From: Candidatus Kaiserbacteria bacterium | Lineage (GTDB): Bacteria; Patescibacteriota; Minisyncoccia; Phycocordibacterales; UBA2100 | DNA length: 64,000 nucleotides | Direction of reading: 5' to 3' | Assembly (NCBI GenBank): GCA_016214605.1 | Contig: JACROD010000017.1 | Location: 1,183-65,182 of the forward strand | Shown: positions 32,711 to 41,968 of the stretch, piece by piece | Layout: each line of letters begins with the position of its first letter | Numbering within the stretch: the stretch's first letter is position 1 | Notes under the pieces: generated by a model | The model's input: only the letters and a program-made list of their open reading frames with translations | The model's database searches: none | Told to the model about the DNA's origin: nothing | Program-made: the position numbers and the translations under genes

Positions 32711-33483
32711 ACACCATCTTCCTGCAAAATGTACTCACGGTCGCCAAGAACACGTTCAAGGAAACGGTTCGCAACAAGATACTCTACGGAATCTTGGCCT
32801 TTGCCCTCGTGTATATGCTCTTCACACTTTTTCTCGGATCGATTTCGCTCGGCGAGGATCTGCATGTGATCCGTAGTCTCGGACTCGCCGGCATCTATCT
32901 ATTTAGCATCATCATCACGGTGTTTCTCGGAAGCTCACTGCTCTACAAAGAGATCGAGCGCAAGACACTCTACTTCGTACTATCAAAACCCGTGTCGCAT
33001 GCGCATCTCGTGCTCGGCAAATTTTTCGGATTGCTTGCGAGTGTCGCGGTCGCGGTCGCGGGCATGGCGCTCGTGTATCTTTCGGTGGTCGCTTTCAAAG
33101 GCGGCGGCTTTGATGTATTGGCGCTCCTCTCTATTTTTTACCAGATGCTTGAAATGGCCCTCCTGATCGCGCTCTCGATCTTCTTCTCTACATTTTCCAT
33201 GCCACTTATGTCGACGCTCTATGCGGTCTTGATCATTTATATCGGACACTCACTCGACCTACTGGTGAGCTCTGTCGCAAAAAGTAGTGTGGCTGCGAAG
33301 GCGATCGTGAAGGTGATCTATTATCTGCTGCCCAACCTGTCAAAATTCGACATCAGGGATCTGGTGGCCTACGGCACGCATATTCCATTTACCCAGACGT
33401 TGCTCGTGATCGCCTATGCACTGGTCTATATCGTTGTCCTCCTGTACATGGCATCCTACCTCTTTGAAAAGCGTGAACTATGA
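32707..33483 (+). CDS. ABC-2 type permease
   Basis: 6 TM, EIERKTLY...SKPVS...GKF. Confidence 0.88.
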   Translation: MNTIFLQNVLTVAKNTFKETVRNKILYGILAFALVYMLFTLFLGSISLGEDLHVIRSLGLAGIYLFSIIITVFLGSSLLYKEIERKTLYFVLSKPVSHAHLVLGKFFGLLASVAVAVAGMALVYLSVVAFKGGGFDVLALLSIFYQMLEMALLIALSIFFSTFSMPLMSTLYAVLIIYIGHSLDLLVSSVAKSSVAAKAIVKVIYYLLPNLSKFDIRDLVAYGTHIPFTQTLLVIAYALVYIVVLLYMASYLFEKREL

Positions 33484-34268
33484 CACGGATCAGTATCGTC
33501 GTCGCGCTCCTCTTCGGAGTCGTTTTCGCCCAGTTCCTGTATGATTCAAAAAAACAGCCGGAAGGTTTCGCGCCGATTGTCGTGTTTCCTGTCCCGGTAC
33601 TTCGTTCCGCAGATCTCGGACTCCACTCCGCTTTCGGCTCTTTGATCTGGCTCAACGCCGTCCAAGAGGTCGGGACGGTCGACGGATCGTATGAGGGATT
33701 GGTCGAGGATATCAAGGCCATCAATGCGCTCGATCCCTTATTCGCATACCCGTATGCCTTTGCTGAGCTCGTCTTGCCGGCACTCGATAGATCAAAGGTT
33801 TATGATGCGGTCTCGATCGGCAAGCAAGGTGTCGCTTCTGTTTCGGATTGGCGCATCCCTTTTTATCTTGCGAGCACCTACATGATCTATCTGGATGATC
33901 GGGAAAGTGCCTTGGAGTATTTTCAGATAGCGGCGCGTACGCCTGGGATCCCAACTCCGATACAGGGCACTGCCTTAAACTTCGGCACCCAAAAAGACAA
34001 ACGAGCACAAACCAAGGAGATATGGAATGCACTCTATCAAAGTACCGATGACGAGATTCTCAGGGATCGTGCGCAAGCGAATCTCGTACATATCGACATT
34101 CTCGAAGCTCTTGAGAAGGCGATCGCCGTCTATAAGCAAAGGAAGGGGGTGTTCCCAGCGAGCGTTGACGATCTCGTGACCGCAGGAATCTTGAAGGCGA
34201 TTCCGCAGGATCCGCTCGGATTCATGTTTACGATTGACGAGAAAGGCGCGATCGCCTCGCACCTTTAG
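33480..34268 (+). CDS. Membrane-anchored helical-repeat protein with GspG-like C-terminus
   Basis: N-terminal TM; AIAVYKQRKGVFP...LV...IPQDPLG. Confidence 0.6.
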   Translation: MTRISIVVALLFGVVFAQFLYDSKKQPEGFAPIVVFPVPVLRSADLGLHSAFGSLIWLNAVQEVGTVDGSYEGLVEDIKAINALDPLFAYPYAFAELVLPALDRSKVYDAVSIGKQGVASVSDWRIPFYLASTYMIYLDDRESALEYFQIAARTPGIPTPIQGTALNFGTQKDKRAQTKEIWNALYQSTDDEILRDRAQANLVHIDILEALEKAIAVYKQRKGVFPASVDDLVTAGILKAIPQDPLGFMFTIDEKGAIASHL

Positions 34269-34497
34269 GCTTAGGACATATAAAAAGAGATGGCGATCTC
34301 ACTCAATAGCAACAGTAGAAATATCACCGCTGCATATGCGAGCATGGTCCAAGAAAATGTCAGGATCGTATGCCCGATCGCAAAAATAAGAAAAATGGTC
34401 GCAAGGACCAAAAGTCCGGAATTGATGGTGAGGATCATGGGGACCATTACCCACAGTGTACCAAAAAAGCTGAATATGGTATATTCTTATCTCACAT

Positions 34498-34570
34498 GCC
34501 GGCGTAGCTCAGTGGTAGTAGCATCGCACTCATAAAGCGAAGGTCACAGGTTCGATCCCTGTCGCCGGCA
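34498..34570 (+). tRNA. tRNA(CAT), elongator Met or Ile2
   Basis: GCCGGCG/CGCCGGC acceptor, CTCATAA loop, GGTTCGATCC T-arm. Confidence 0.88.
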
Positions 34571-34657
34571 CTAGCAGTCGCTCGCGGCCAATGGTCGCAC
34601 GAAGGTTCTTGAGGCCCACATAAATGGTTATAGTAATGTACTGTCATGGTATAATTT

Positions 34658-35344
34658 ATGCGCATGACAAAGAAGACCCTCGACCAAGACTTCTTCAAGA
34701 ATTGGGCCCCGACCATGGCCTATGTGCTTGGATTTTTTGCCGCCGACGGCACGATGATCAAAAATAAGCGAGAGGGACATTTCATAGAGTTTCACATTAC
34801 TGATCGTAAGCTACTCTTTGATATACGACGCGCCGTAAGTTCTAATCACAAGATTGCCATACGTGTACGAAATCCAAAATGGAAACTAGGATATCGGTTG
34901 CAGATAGGATCCAAGAGATGGTTTTCCGACCTCCAGAGATTGGGTTTTTCTTCTCGTAAGAGTAATGTAATGCTCTTCCCAAATGTGCCGGATGAATTTC
35001 TCGGTTCGTTTATACGGGGTTATTTTGACGGAGATGGATGCGTATATTTCAAAAATCTGAAGTTTGCCGACCGTAAGAAGGCTCGATGGATATTAATGTC
35101 TGTTTTTACGTCAGGCAGTCGACAATTTCTCATGCAACTTCACACTGCACTGAAAAGACATGGTGTGCAGGGAGGGTCTATTCGAAATAAAAAGAGCGGG
35201 TATGACCTCTCCCTGAGCCACAAAGATAGCCTTGCATTATATCGTCTTATGTATGATACTGTGTCCGATACAAGCATTATGTTGCCCAGGAAATATCGTT
35301 TATTTACTAAGGCGATTAATACATTGTATCCTTTGCGGCCGTAG
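34658..35344 (+). CDS. Two-motif LAGLIDADG homing endonuclease-like protein
   Basis: YVLGFFAADG and FIRGYFDGDG; stop codon lies inside tRNA-Asp. Confidence 0.9.
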   Translation: MRMTKKTLDQDFFKNWAPTMAYVLGFFAADGTMIKNKREGHFIEFHITDRKLLFDIRRAVSSNHKIAIRVRNPKWKLGYRLQIGSKRWFSDLQRLGFSSRKSNVMLFPNVPDEFLGSFIRGYFDGDGCVYFKNLKFADRKKARWILMSVFTSGSRQFLMQLHTALKRHGVQGGSIRNKKSGYDLSLSHKDSLALYRLMYDTVSDTSIMLPRKYRLFTKAINTLYPLRP

Positions 35345-35409
35345 CTCAACTGGTTAGTAGCACCCGCCTGTCACGCGGGAGGTTGCCGGTTCAAGTCCGG
35401 TCGGCCGCG
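35335..35409 (+). tRNA. tRNA-Asp(GTC)
   Basis: GCGGCCG/CGGCCGC acceptor, CTGTCAC loop, GGTTCAAGTCC, G discriminator. Confidence 0.92.
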
Positions 35410-35628
35410 CATAGAAAAAGCCCGCCGTAAAAGGCGGTGCTTTTTCATGTGTGTCCGGAGTGACAGCGCCTTCGCACCCGTGACCCCGCAGCGATCCGAG
35501 TCTGGTCATATTCCGTTTGAAGTTCGAAGGTATAAAGGGAATGACTGATAATTTCGTCAAGAAAATATTCAAAAAACAAAGAACGAACACTACGAAGTGT
35601 CCGTTCCAGGTTTTCTTTGGATGAGGTA

Positions 35629-35835
35629 TCATTTGGGCTCGTCCCCATCTTTGTTCGTAAACTTGGGATCGCAGCCGTATCCCGCCCCTTGCCAGAGCAG
35701 GATACGGTGCTTCTCGCAGCAGTAATACTTTTTCAGGCCGCGGATGATGTCCGGCGGATCATACGTCACTTGCGAGCAGACATTGCAAAAGCCGGACGGT
35801 TGCGGTTCGCCTCCGGATTTTTCCGATTTGAACAT
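35629..35835 (-). CDS. Small Cys-rich (zinc-finger-like) ORFan
   Basis: CNVC...YCCEKH; SD AGGAG. Confidence 0.5.
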   Translation of the reverse strand: MFKSEKSGGEPQPSGFCNVCSQVTYDPPDIIRGLKKYYCCEKHRILLWQGAGYGCDPKFTNKDGDEPK

Positions 35836-35926
35836 GTGCTCTCTCCTCGAATGAAGATTCTATGACTAAGTATCACCTGCCGTACCAATAGTGCAAGTCT
35901 GTAGTAGCGCATGATATGCTATCTCC

Positions 35927-36214
35927 ATGGAAGGACCGACTCAAAAAATATTTCGAGCGATCGTAAAGGGGCGCGTGCAAGGCGTGCTTTACAGAGATTT
36001 TGCCCAGCGCAAGGCGCGGGCACTGGGTCTCACTGGCACGGTCCAAAATCTGCGTGACGGCTCGATAGAAATATTTGCTCAAGGCGACGAGAAGAAGCTC
36101 AAGGAATTCCTCGAGAAGCTCAAACGCGGGTCCCTTTTTTCAAAAGTCGAGAGCATAGAGGTCGCTTGGCAGGAGACCGATAGGGAACGGGATGATTTTG
36201 TGATCTTGTATTGA
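35927..36214 (+). CDS. acyP: Acylphosphatase
   Basis: GRVQGVLYR, GTVQNLRDGSIE. Confidence 0.93.
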   Translation: MEGPTQKIFRAIVKGRVQGVLYRDFAQRKARALGLTGTVQNLRDGSIEIFAQGDEKKLKEFLEKLKRGSLFSKVESIEVAWQETDRERDDFVILY

Positions 36215-36285
36215 CCCGTGAGTGTATAGTTGGTACTATCTTTGCATACGGCTGAGCCGCACTTTATTCGGATAGACAAATACAT

Positions 36286-36636
36286 ATGGAACGAGATCAG
36301 CAATTTTTGGAATTCGTGGTCAAATCTTTAGTAGACAATCCAGATGACGTCAAGATTGATCGCATAGTCGATGAGATGGGGGTTCTCCTCAAGCTCTCCG
36401 TACATCGCGACGATATGGGCAAGATCATTGGCCGTTCGGGTGCGACCGCCAAGGCGATCCGCACGATCCTGCGCGTGGTCGGCATGAAGAACGACGCTCG
36501 CGTCAACCTCAAGATCGAAGAGCCGGAGGGCAGCACCCGCAGCGACAACGGCGCTTCCAACGACGAGCCTACGGGTCCGATCGACCGCTCAGTCGATGAT
36601 CTCATCGACGAGCTTAAGGGCGGAACTGCGGCATAA
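36286..36636 (+). CDS. khpA: KH domain RNA-binding protein
   Basis: LVDNPDDV, DMGKIIGRSGATAKAIRT. Confidence 0.9.
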   Translation: MERDQQFLEFVVKSLVDNPDDVKIDRIVDEMGVLLKLSVHRDDMGKIIGRSGATAKAIRTILRVVGMKNDARVNLKIEEPEGSTRSDNGASNDEPTGPIDRSVDDLIDELKGGTAA

Positions 36637-36641
36637 TCGCA

Positions 36642-37295
36642 ATGGTGCACTTCCACATCGTCACACTCTTTCCTGAATCGATCGAGCCGTATTTAAAGGC
36701 CTCGATCATCGGCAAGGCCCAAGAGAAAGGGAAGATAAAAGTCTCTTTTTACGATCCGAAGGATTTTCCTTCGAGGAAGTTTGATCGCGTCGATCGCCGG
36801 CCATACGGTGGCGGACCTGGTATGGTCCTCGAGCCCGAGGCTGTGCTTCGCGCGGCGATGAAGGCAATAGGAAAAAAGAAATCCGTCGAGGTGATCTTTT
36901 TCTCCACCGGCGGAGCGCAATTCGACGAACCAATGGCCCAGAAGCTTGCCAAGAAAAAAGACATCGTATTCATCTGCGGTCACTACGAAGGTGTCGACGC
37001 GCGGGTTGGTGAGATACTCAAGGCACGGCTCGTGACCATGGGTCCGTACGTGCTCACCGGCGGTGAGCTTCCTGCTGCGACCATGATAGACGCGATCAGT
37101 CGCCACGTAAAAGGTGTGCTCGGCAAAGAAGAATCGCTTGAATCTTCGCGTGTATCGAGTCCGGATGTCTACACTCGCCCCGAAGTATTTGTATGGAAAA
37201 AGAAAAAGTATCCCGTACCAGAGGTGCTGCTCTCAGGTCATCACGCGAAGATCGATGCCTGGAAAAAAGAACGTCGCAATGCAAAACATGAATAA
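36642..37295 (+). CDS. trmD: tRNA (m1G37) methyltransferase
   Basis: TLFPE, PYGGGPGMVL, CGHYEGVD, YVLTGGE, YTRP. Confidence 0.96.
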   Translation: MVHFHIVTLFPESIEPYLKASIIGKAQEKGKIKVSFYDPKDFPSRKFDRVDRRPYGGGPGMVLEPEAVLRAAMKAIGKKKSVEVIFFSTGGAQFDEPMAQKLAKKKDIVFICGHYEGVDARVGEILKARLVTMGPYVLTGGELPAATMIDAISRHVKGVLGKEESLESSRVSSPDVYTRPEVFVWKKKKYPVPEVLLSGHHAKIDAWKKERRNAKHE

Positions 37296-37956
37296 AGAAA
37301 AGCAGAGCGAGCGTCGCGCGCGGGCGCGAAAGATCGTCGCTTATTTGAAAAAGGCATACCCTGCGCCCAAGACCGAGCTCATTTACAAGACGCCGTTTCA
37401 GCTCGTGGTCGCAGTGATGCTCTCCGCGCAGTGCACTGACAAGGTCGTGAATCGCGTGACAGCGGAGCTTTTTAAGAAATACAAAACACCTAAAGATTTT
37501 GCCACCGCGAAGCCGCTGGTCTTTCAAAAAGAGATTGGCTCCATTCCTTTTTTCCGCAACAAGACCAAGGCGATCATTGCGGCCGCCAAAATTGTCCAAG
37601 ACAATTTTGGCGGCCGCGTGCCGCGCACGGAATCGGAATTGATCACGCTCCCTGGTGTCGCCTACAAGACCGCGCATGTGGTACTCGGCGAGCTCTATGA
37701 TATATGGGAGGGGATTCCGACCGATACGCACGTGAAGCGTTTTGCATATCGCTTCGATCTCTCCGACAATACTGATCTCAAGAAGATCTCCAAAGATCTC
37801 GAAGCGCTGACACCGAAGAAAGATTGGAAATATGTGAATAATGGTCTTGTGCTCTATGGGCGCTATGTATGCCCGGCACGCAAGCATGACTGTGCGGTAC
37901 ATCCGCTTACAAAAATTTGGAGGCCAGCGAATGATCGCTGGCCTCTGGCGCGTTAG
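37279..37956 (+). CDS. nth: Endonuclease III
   Basis: LSAQCTDKVVN, LPGVAYKTA (HhH), DTHVKR. Confidence 0.93.
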   Translation: MQNMNKEKQSERRARARKIVAYLKKAYPAPKTELIYKTPFQLVVAVMLSAQCTDKVVNRVTAELFKKYKTPKDFATAKPLVFQKEIGSIPFFRNKTKAIIAAAKIVQDNFGGRVPRTESELITLPGVAYKTAHVVLGELYDIWEGIPTDTHVKRFAYRFDLSDNTDLKKISKDLEALTPKKDWKYVNNGLVLYGRYVCPARKHDCAVHPLTKIWRPANDRWPLAR

Positions 37957-37979
37957 CCGTTGACGACGGCTTTCCCAAT

Positions 37980-38333
37980 CTACTCTTTCGGAAGGAGTGT
38001 TCCCCAAAGCGTTCCCTTTTTCCTGATCCGCGCGAAGAGCACATTGGGATCGAATTCCTTGCGTTCGTTTGCAGAAAGGCCGCTGGTAAGTCGCTCCCAG
38101 GCTGCCACGACGCAGATTCGTCCGAGCGTTTTGGGGTCGAATGAACTTCCCTTTGCGGACGTTTCCACTCGAGTGATGAAAGTAAGCTTGTCGCTTTCCG
38201 GCACTGGCAAGGCCGCAAGCCACTCCTTCTGGACTTTATCGCCGAGCTTTTCTTCAAACCTTTCAAGCCCGGCTTCGGTGACTTCCTGTCCGTTTGGCAG
38301 TTTGACTTTGCGTTGGACTTTTTTGTTGCTCAT
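37980..38333 (-). CDS. Hypothetical ORFan
   Basis: SD AAGGAG 7 nt before ATG 38333; sits antisense between nth and mutY. Confidence 0.55.
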   Translation of the reverse strand: MSNKKVQRKVKLPNGQEVTEAGLERFEEKLGDKVQKEWLAALPVPESDKLTFITRVETSAKGSSFDPKTLGRICVVAAWERLTSGLSANERKEFDPNVLFARIRKKGTLWGTLLPKE

Positions 38334-38427
38334 ACGCATTCTCCTTATCACGAACAATATACTGGTGGGTACTATACCGATTTTCTGAGGTTTAGCAAGA
38401 GGTGCATGACTCGTGTAGGATAGCGGC

Positions 38428-39297
38428 ATGAGGCAACAGGAACGAATCGTGGCATTTCAAAGGGCAGTGTGGAAACACTACCGTGCAGATGGCCGCCACG
38501 ATCTGCCGTGGCGTCAGCCTACGTTAAAGCTTCGGTATGGCAAGCAAGACTTTGACCCCTACAAGATCCTTGTCTCCGAGGTGATGCTCCAGCAGACGCA
38601 GGTCCCGCGCGTGCTTGAAAAATACAAGGAATTTCTCAGGGCGTTTCCCACCGTGCATGCGCTCGCACGGGCGCCGCTTGCCGATGTGCTGCGTGTGTGG
38701 AGCGGGATGGGGTACAACCGCCGGGCGAAGTATTTGCGCGAGGCAGCGAAGGTGATTGTGGGTGAATATGGCGGCCGCGTCCCCAAGGACGCGGCCACCC
38801 TGCGCACCATTCCCGGGATCGGCCCGTACACGGCATCCGCCGTACTCATCTTTGCCTTCAACACCCCTGATACGATGATCGAGACCAACATCCGTGCGGC
38901 CTTCATATACCATTTTGCTTCCGGCAAGGCCGGAAGCACCCTGCGTGGCCTTGGCGGAGCAGAGCGGTTGATAAATGACCGCGATCTATTGCCGCTTATC
39001 ACCAAGGCCGCCGAGGGCCAAGACCCGCGAGAGTGGCACTGGGCGCTGATGGACTACGGGAGTCATCTCAAAAAGATCCACGGCAATCCTGCGCGCAAAA
39101 GCGCTCATCATGTGAGGCAATCAAAGTTTGAAGGCTCCATCCGCCAAGTCCGCGGTGCGATCCTTCGTGAGCTTCACAAAGGACCGTCCTTTGTGAAGGG
39201 TTTGCCGTTTGAAAAAGCAAAGGTCCAAAGCGCGCTCGCAGGGCTCGCGCGCGACGGGCTTGTCAAGAAAGAGAAGGGGAAATGGAGGATTTCTTGA
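38428..39297 (+). CDS. mutY: A/G-specific adenine glycosylase (short, no Fe-S motif)
   Basis: DLPWR, VSEVMLQQTQV, GMGYNRRA, PGIGPYTA, ALMDYG. Confidence 0.9.
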   Translation: MRQQERIVAFQRAVWKHYRADGRHDLPWRQPTLKLRYGKQDFDPYKILVSEVMLQQTQVPRVLEKYKEFLRAFPTVHALARAPLADVLRVWSGMGYNRRAKYLREAAKVIVGEYGGRVPKDAATLRTIPGIGPYTASAVLIFAFNTPDTMIETNIRAAFIYHFASGKAGSTLRGLGGAERLINDRDLLPLITKAAEGQDPREWHWALMDYGSHLKKIHGNPARKSAHHVRQSKFEGSIRQVRGAILRELHKGPSFVKGLPFEKAKVQSALAGLARDGLVKKEKGKWRIS

Positions 39298-39316
39298 TGT
39301 GTGCTATATTTTGCAT

Positions 39317-39574
39317 ATGGATGACAACACAACAGACATGCTGGAGATTGTGAATTTTATCAAGGATAACATGGTCACGAAGAGTGATCATGACGAGCTT
39401 GTTGCGAGGGTGGATCGTATGGAAAAGAAAATGGATGATGGCTTTTCAGGCCTCAAAAGCAGAGTGGGTGGATTAGAAAACCGCATCGACAACGAATCCG
39501 CTCGTACTACCGACCTCGAAAACCGCGTCAGAGTAGTCCTCCCCAGTCTCCCCGCCGCTCCTGAGCGAGTGTAA
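39317..39574 (+). CDS. Small coiled-coil hypothetical protein
   Basis: Heptad pattern; -10 box 6 nt before ATG. Confidence 0.6.
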   Translation: MDDNTTDMLEIVNFIKDNMVTKSDHDELVARVDRMEKKMDDGFSGLKSRVGGLENRIDNESARTTDLENRVRVVLPSLPAAPERV

Positions 39575-39643
39575 TCCTCAAAATATACAAAGGTAAAAAG
39601 CGCGGATCTAATCCGCGCTTTTCGGTGGTTTACTTGATCAGGA

Positions 39644-39850
39644 TTAGAAATGACCTTGCGACAGTTTGATGCCGTGGTTCTTTTCCCATTCAGCCCAAGC
39701 CGTCTCTTGCTTAGCCGTCTCTTCGGCGACAATCTCTTCAAGGGCTTGCTCGTAACTTATCCCCTTTTTTGTTGCTATTTCCTGAAGAATTAGTCTGCCT
39801 CTTTCGAAGTCCGCTTCAACAGACGCTTCATCCTTGTAAGCTGGGTACAT
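39644..39850 (-). CDS. Hypothetical ORFan
   Basis: SD AAAGGA before ATG. Confidence 0.5.
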   Translation of the reverse strand: MYPAYKDEASVEADFERGRLILQEIATKKGISYEQALEEIVAEETAKQETAWAEWEKNHGIKLSQGHF

Positions 39851-39943
39851 GTGTGATTCCTTTCAGGTTTTGAAGAGAGAGTTGCTCGAAGGGTGTGTGG
39901 AACACTCACCTAATCACATTTTTATACTTAGCTTCGGATTATG

Positions 39944-41902
39944 TCAAATACTCACAATGACCGGAATCACAATCGGGCGCTTCATGGTCCTTTGGACGAG
40001 GAATTTAGAGACGCTCTCGGCAAGGTCTTCGCGGGCATCATCGAGATCGGCTGAGCGTGGATTCTTCATCGAGGTCTCGACGCTCTTGCGGACGATGAGG
40101 CGGGTCTGATCCATGAGGTCTTTATTGTCGCGGAGATACACGAATCCGCGCGAGATGATGTCGGGGGATTTGTGGAGCTTGCCGGTGCGGCGGTCTACCG
40201 TGGCGACGACGACGCAGAAGCCTTCCTGACCGAGCGCCTTGCGGTCGCGCATGAGCACATCGGAGAGCTCGGATACAGTATGGCCTTCGACGACGCGCAG
40301 TTCGGCCGGCGCTTTCATGGAGAGTCTGGTGACCTTTTCACCCGCCTTGATATCGATGATCGAGCTGTTGTCGGGCACGCAGATATTGGCGGCTGGCACA
40401 CCGAGTTCTTCGGCGATGTCGGCGTGCACGCGGAGCATGTAGTGGTATCCGTGGACGGGGACAAAGAATTTGGGGCGGATCTGTTTGTGGATCCACACTG
40501 CTTCTTCGCGGTTGCCGTGGCCGGAGGCGTGCACGTCGGATGAGTGGTAGGTGATGATGCGAGCACCTTGGCGCGAGAGATTGTCCTTGAGCTTCTGTAC
40601 CGAGCGCTCGTTGCCGGGGATCACCGACGACGAAAGGATGATGGTGTCGGTTGGGTTGATGCGGATGTATTTGTGGGTCTTGTTGCCGATACGCATGAGC
40701 GAGGCGAATTCGTCGCCCTGGGCACCGGTCGCGAGGATGACGAGCTTCTCTGGCGGGTATTGCTCGATATTTTCGACAGCGACGAGTGTGTCATCCTTGT
40801 GTTTGAGCATGCCGATCTCACGCACAATCTCGAGATTCGCCTTCATTGAGCGTCCGTCGACGACGATTTTTTTGCCGATACGTTCGGCGATCTCGACAAT
40901 GTGCATGAGGCGCTCCAGATGTGAGGCAAACATGCCGATGATGAGGCGTCCGCGGTTTTGGTTGGTGATGAGGTCTTCGAGGGTCGCATGGACGTTGCGC
41001 TCAGGGATCGAGAAGCCGGGGCGCTCGATGTTGGTGCTATCCATGAGGAGTGCGAGCACTTTACGGTCTTTGAAGATACTAAACTCGCGTTTTTCGAGAT
41101 CGCTCGGATCTCCCTGGCCGTCATGGTCGAGTTTGATGTCGCCGGTGAAGACCACATCCCCCCATGGGGTCTCAATGATGATACCCATCGAATCCGGCAC
41201 GGTGTGTGTGACGCCGAAGAATCGGATGTTGGTATTGCCGAGCCGGATTACTTCGGTTTTCTCGACTTCGCGGATGACGGTCGGGGGCAGATGGGCGAAT
41301 TCTTCCTGACGGCGCTTGATCATCATGCCGGTCAGTTTGCGTGTGTAGATCGTCGGATTGCCGATGCGGTCGATAATGTAGGGGATGCCGCCGATGTGGT
41401 CGAGATGGCCGTGCGAGATGAGGAGGCCGCGGATCTTGTGGCGGCGCTCTTCGAGATAGCCGGTGTTGGGGAGGATGTAGTCGATGCCGGGAGTGTCTCC
41501 TTCGCCGAATCCGAATCCGCAGTCGAGAATGAAGATGTCATCACCGATCTCGATCGCGGTCATGTTGCGGCCGATCTCTTCGACACCGCCGAGCGGTATG
41601 ATGCGTACGACATCCGGTGCGGGTGCGGGGATGACCGGACTCGCGGAGCGGCGGCGAGCATCGCTCGGTGTTTGGTGTTCGAGGCGAGTCTTGCCGCGTT
41701 GTCGCGGAGGGTGGCTCGAGCGTGAACTGCCGAAGCGTGGACGCGGACGCCCGTCCGGTCGTGTTCCTGGTCGTGGACGGGATGTTCCTGGACGCGGTGC
41801 ACCGGGGCGGGCGGCACCTGCTCCTGATGCTGGTTTGCGGCCGTCTCGCGGCGAATCTGGCCGAGCTCCGGGTGCGGAGCCTTGGTTTCTTTGTGGTCCC
41901 AT
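39944..41902 (-). CDS. rnj: Ribonuclease J
   Basis: PLGGVEEIGRN, SHGHLDHIG, HASGH, RPIVIPVI; Arg/Pro-rich N-terminal extension. Confidence 0.96.
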   Translation of the reverse strand: MGPQRNQGSAPGARPDSPRDGRKPASGAGAARPGAPRPGTSRPRPGTRPDGRPRPRFGSSRSSHPPRQRGKTRLEHQTPSDARRRSASPVIPAPAPDVVRIIPLGGVEEIGRNMTAIEIGDDIFILDCGFGFGEGDTPGIDYILPNTGYLEERRHKIRGLLISHGHLDHIGGIPYIIDRIGNPTIYTRKLTGMMIKRRQEEFAHLPPTVIREVEKTEVIRLGNTNIRFFGVTHTVPDSMGIIIETPWGDVVFTGDIKLDHDGQGDPSDLEKREFSIFKDRKVLALLMDSTNIERPGFSIPERNVHATLEDLITNQNRGRLIIGMFASHLERLMHIVEIAERIGKKIVVDGRSMKANLEIVREIGMLKHKDDTLVAVENIEQYPPEKLVILATGAQGDEFASLMRIGNKTHKYIRINPTDTIILSSSVIPGNERSVQKLKDNLSRQGARIITYHSSDVHASGHGNREEAVWIHKQIRPKFFVPVHGYHYMLRVHADIAEELGVPAANICVPDNSSIIDIKAGEKVTRLSMKAPAELRVVEGHTVSELSDVLMRDRKALGQEGFCVVVATVDRRTGKLHKSPDIISRGFVYLRDNKDLMDQTRLIVRKSVETSMKNPRSADLDDAREDLAESVSKFLVQRTMKRPIVIPVIVSI

Positions 41903-41968
41903 AAGTTGTGTTTGCCCGGGTATATATGACCCGGATCCATTAGTCGATAATATTGCTAATAATGTGTT

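Noticed and set aside
34498-35409. tRNA intron encoding the LAGLIDADG
   Set aside because: Both tRNAs fold as complete uninterrupted cloverleaves, and no group I core was recognised.
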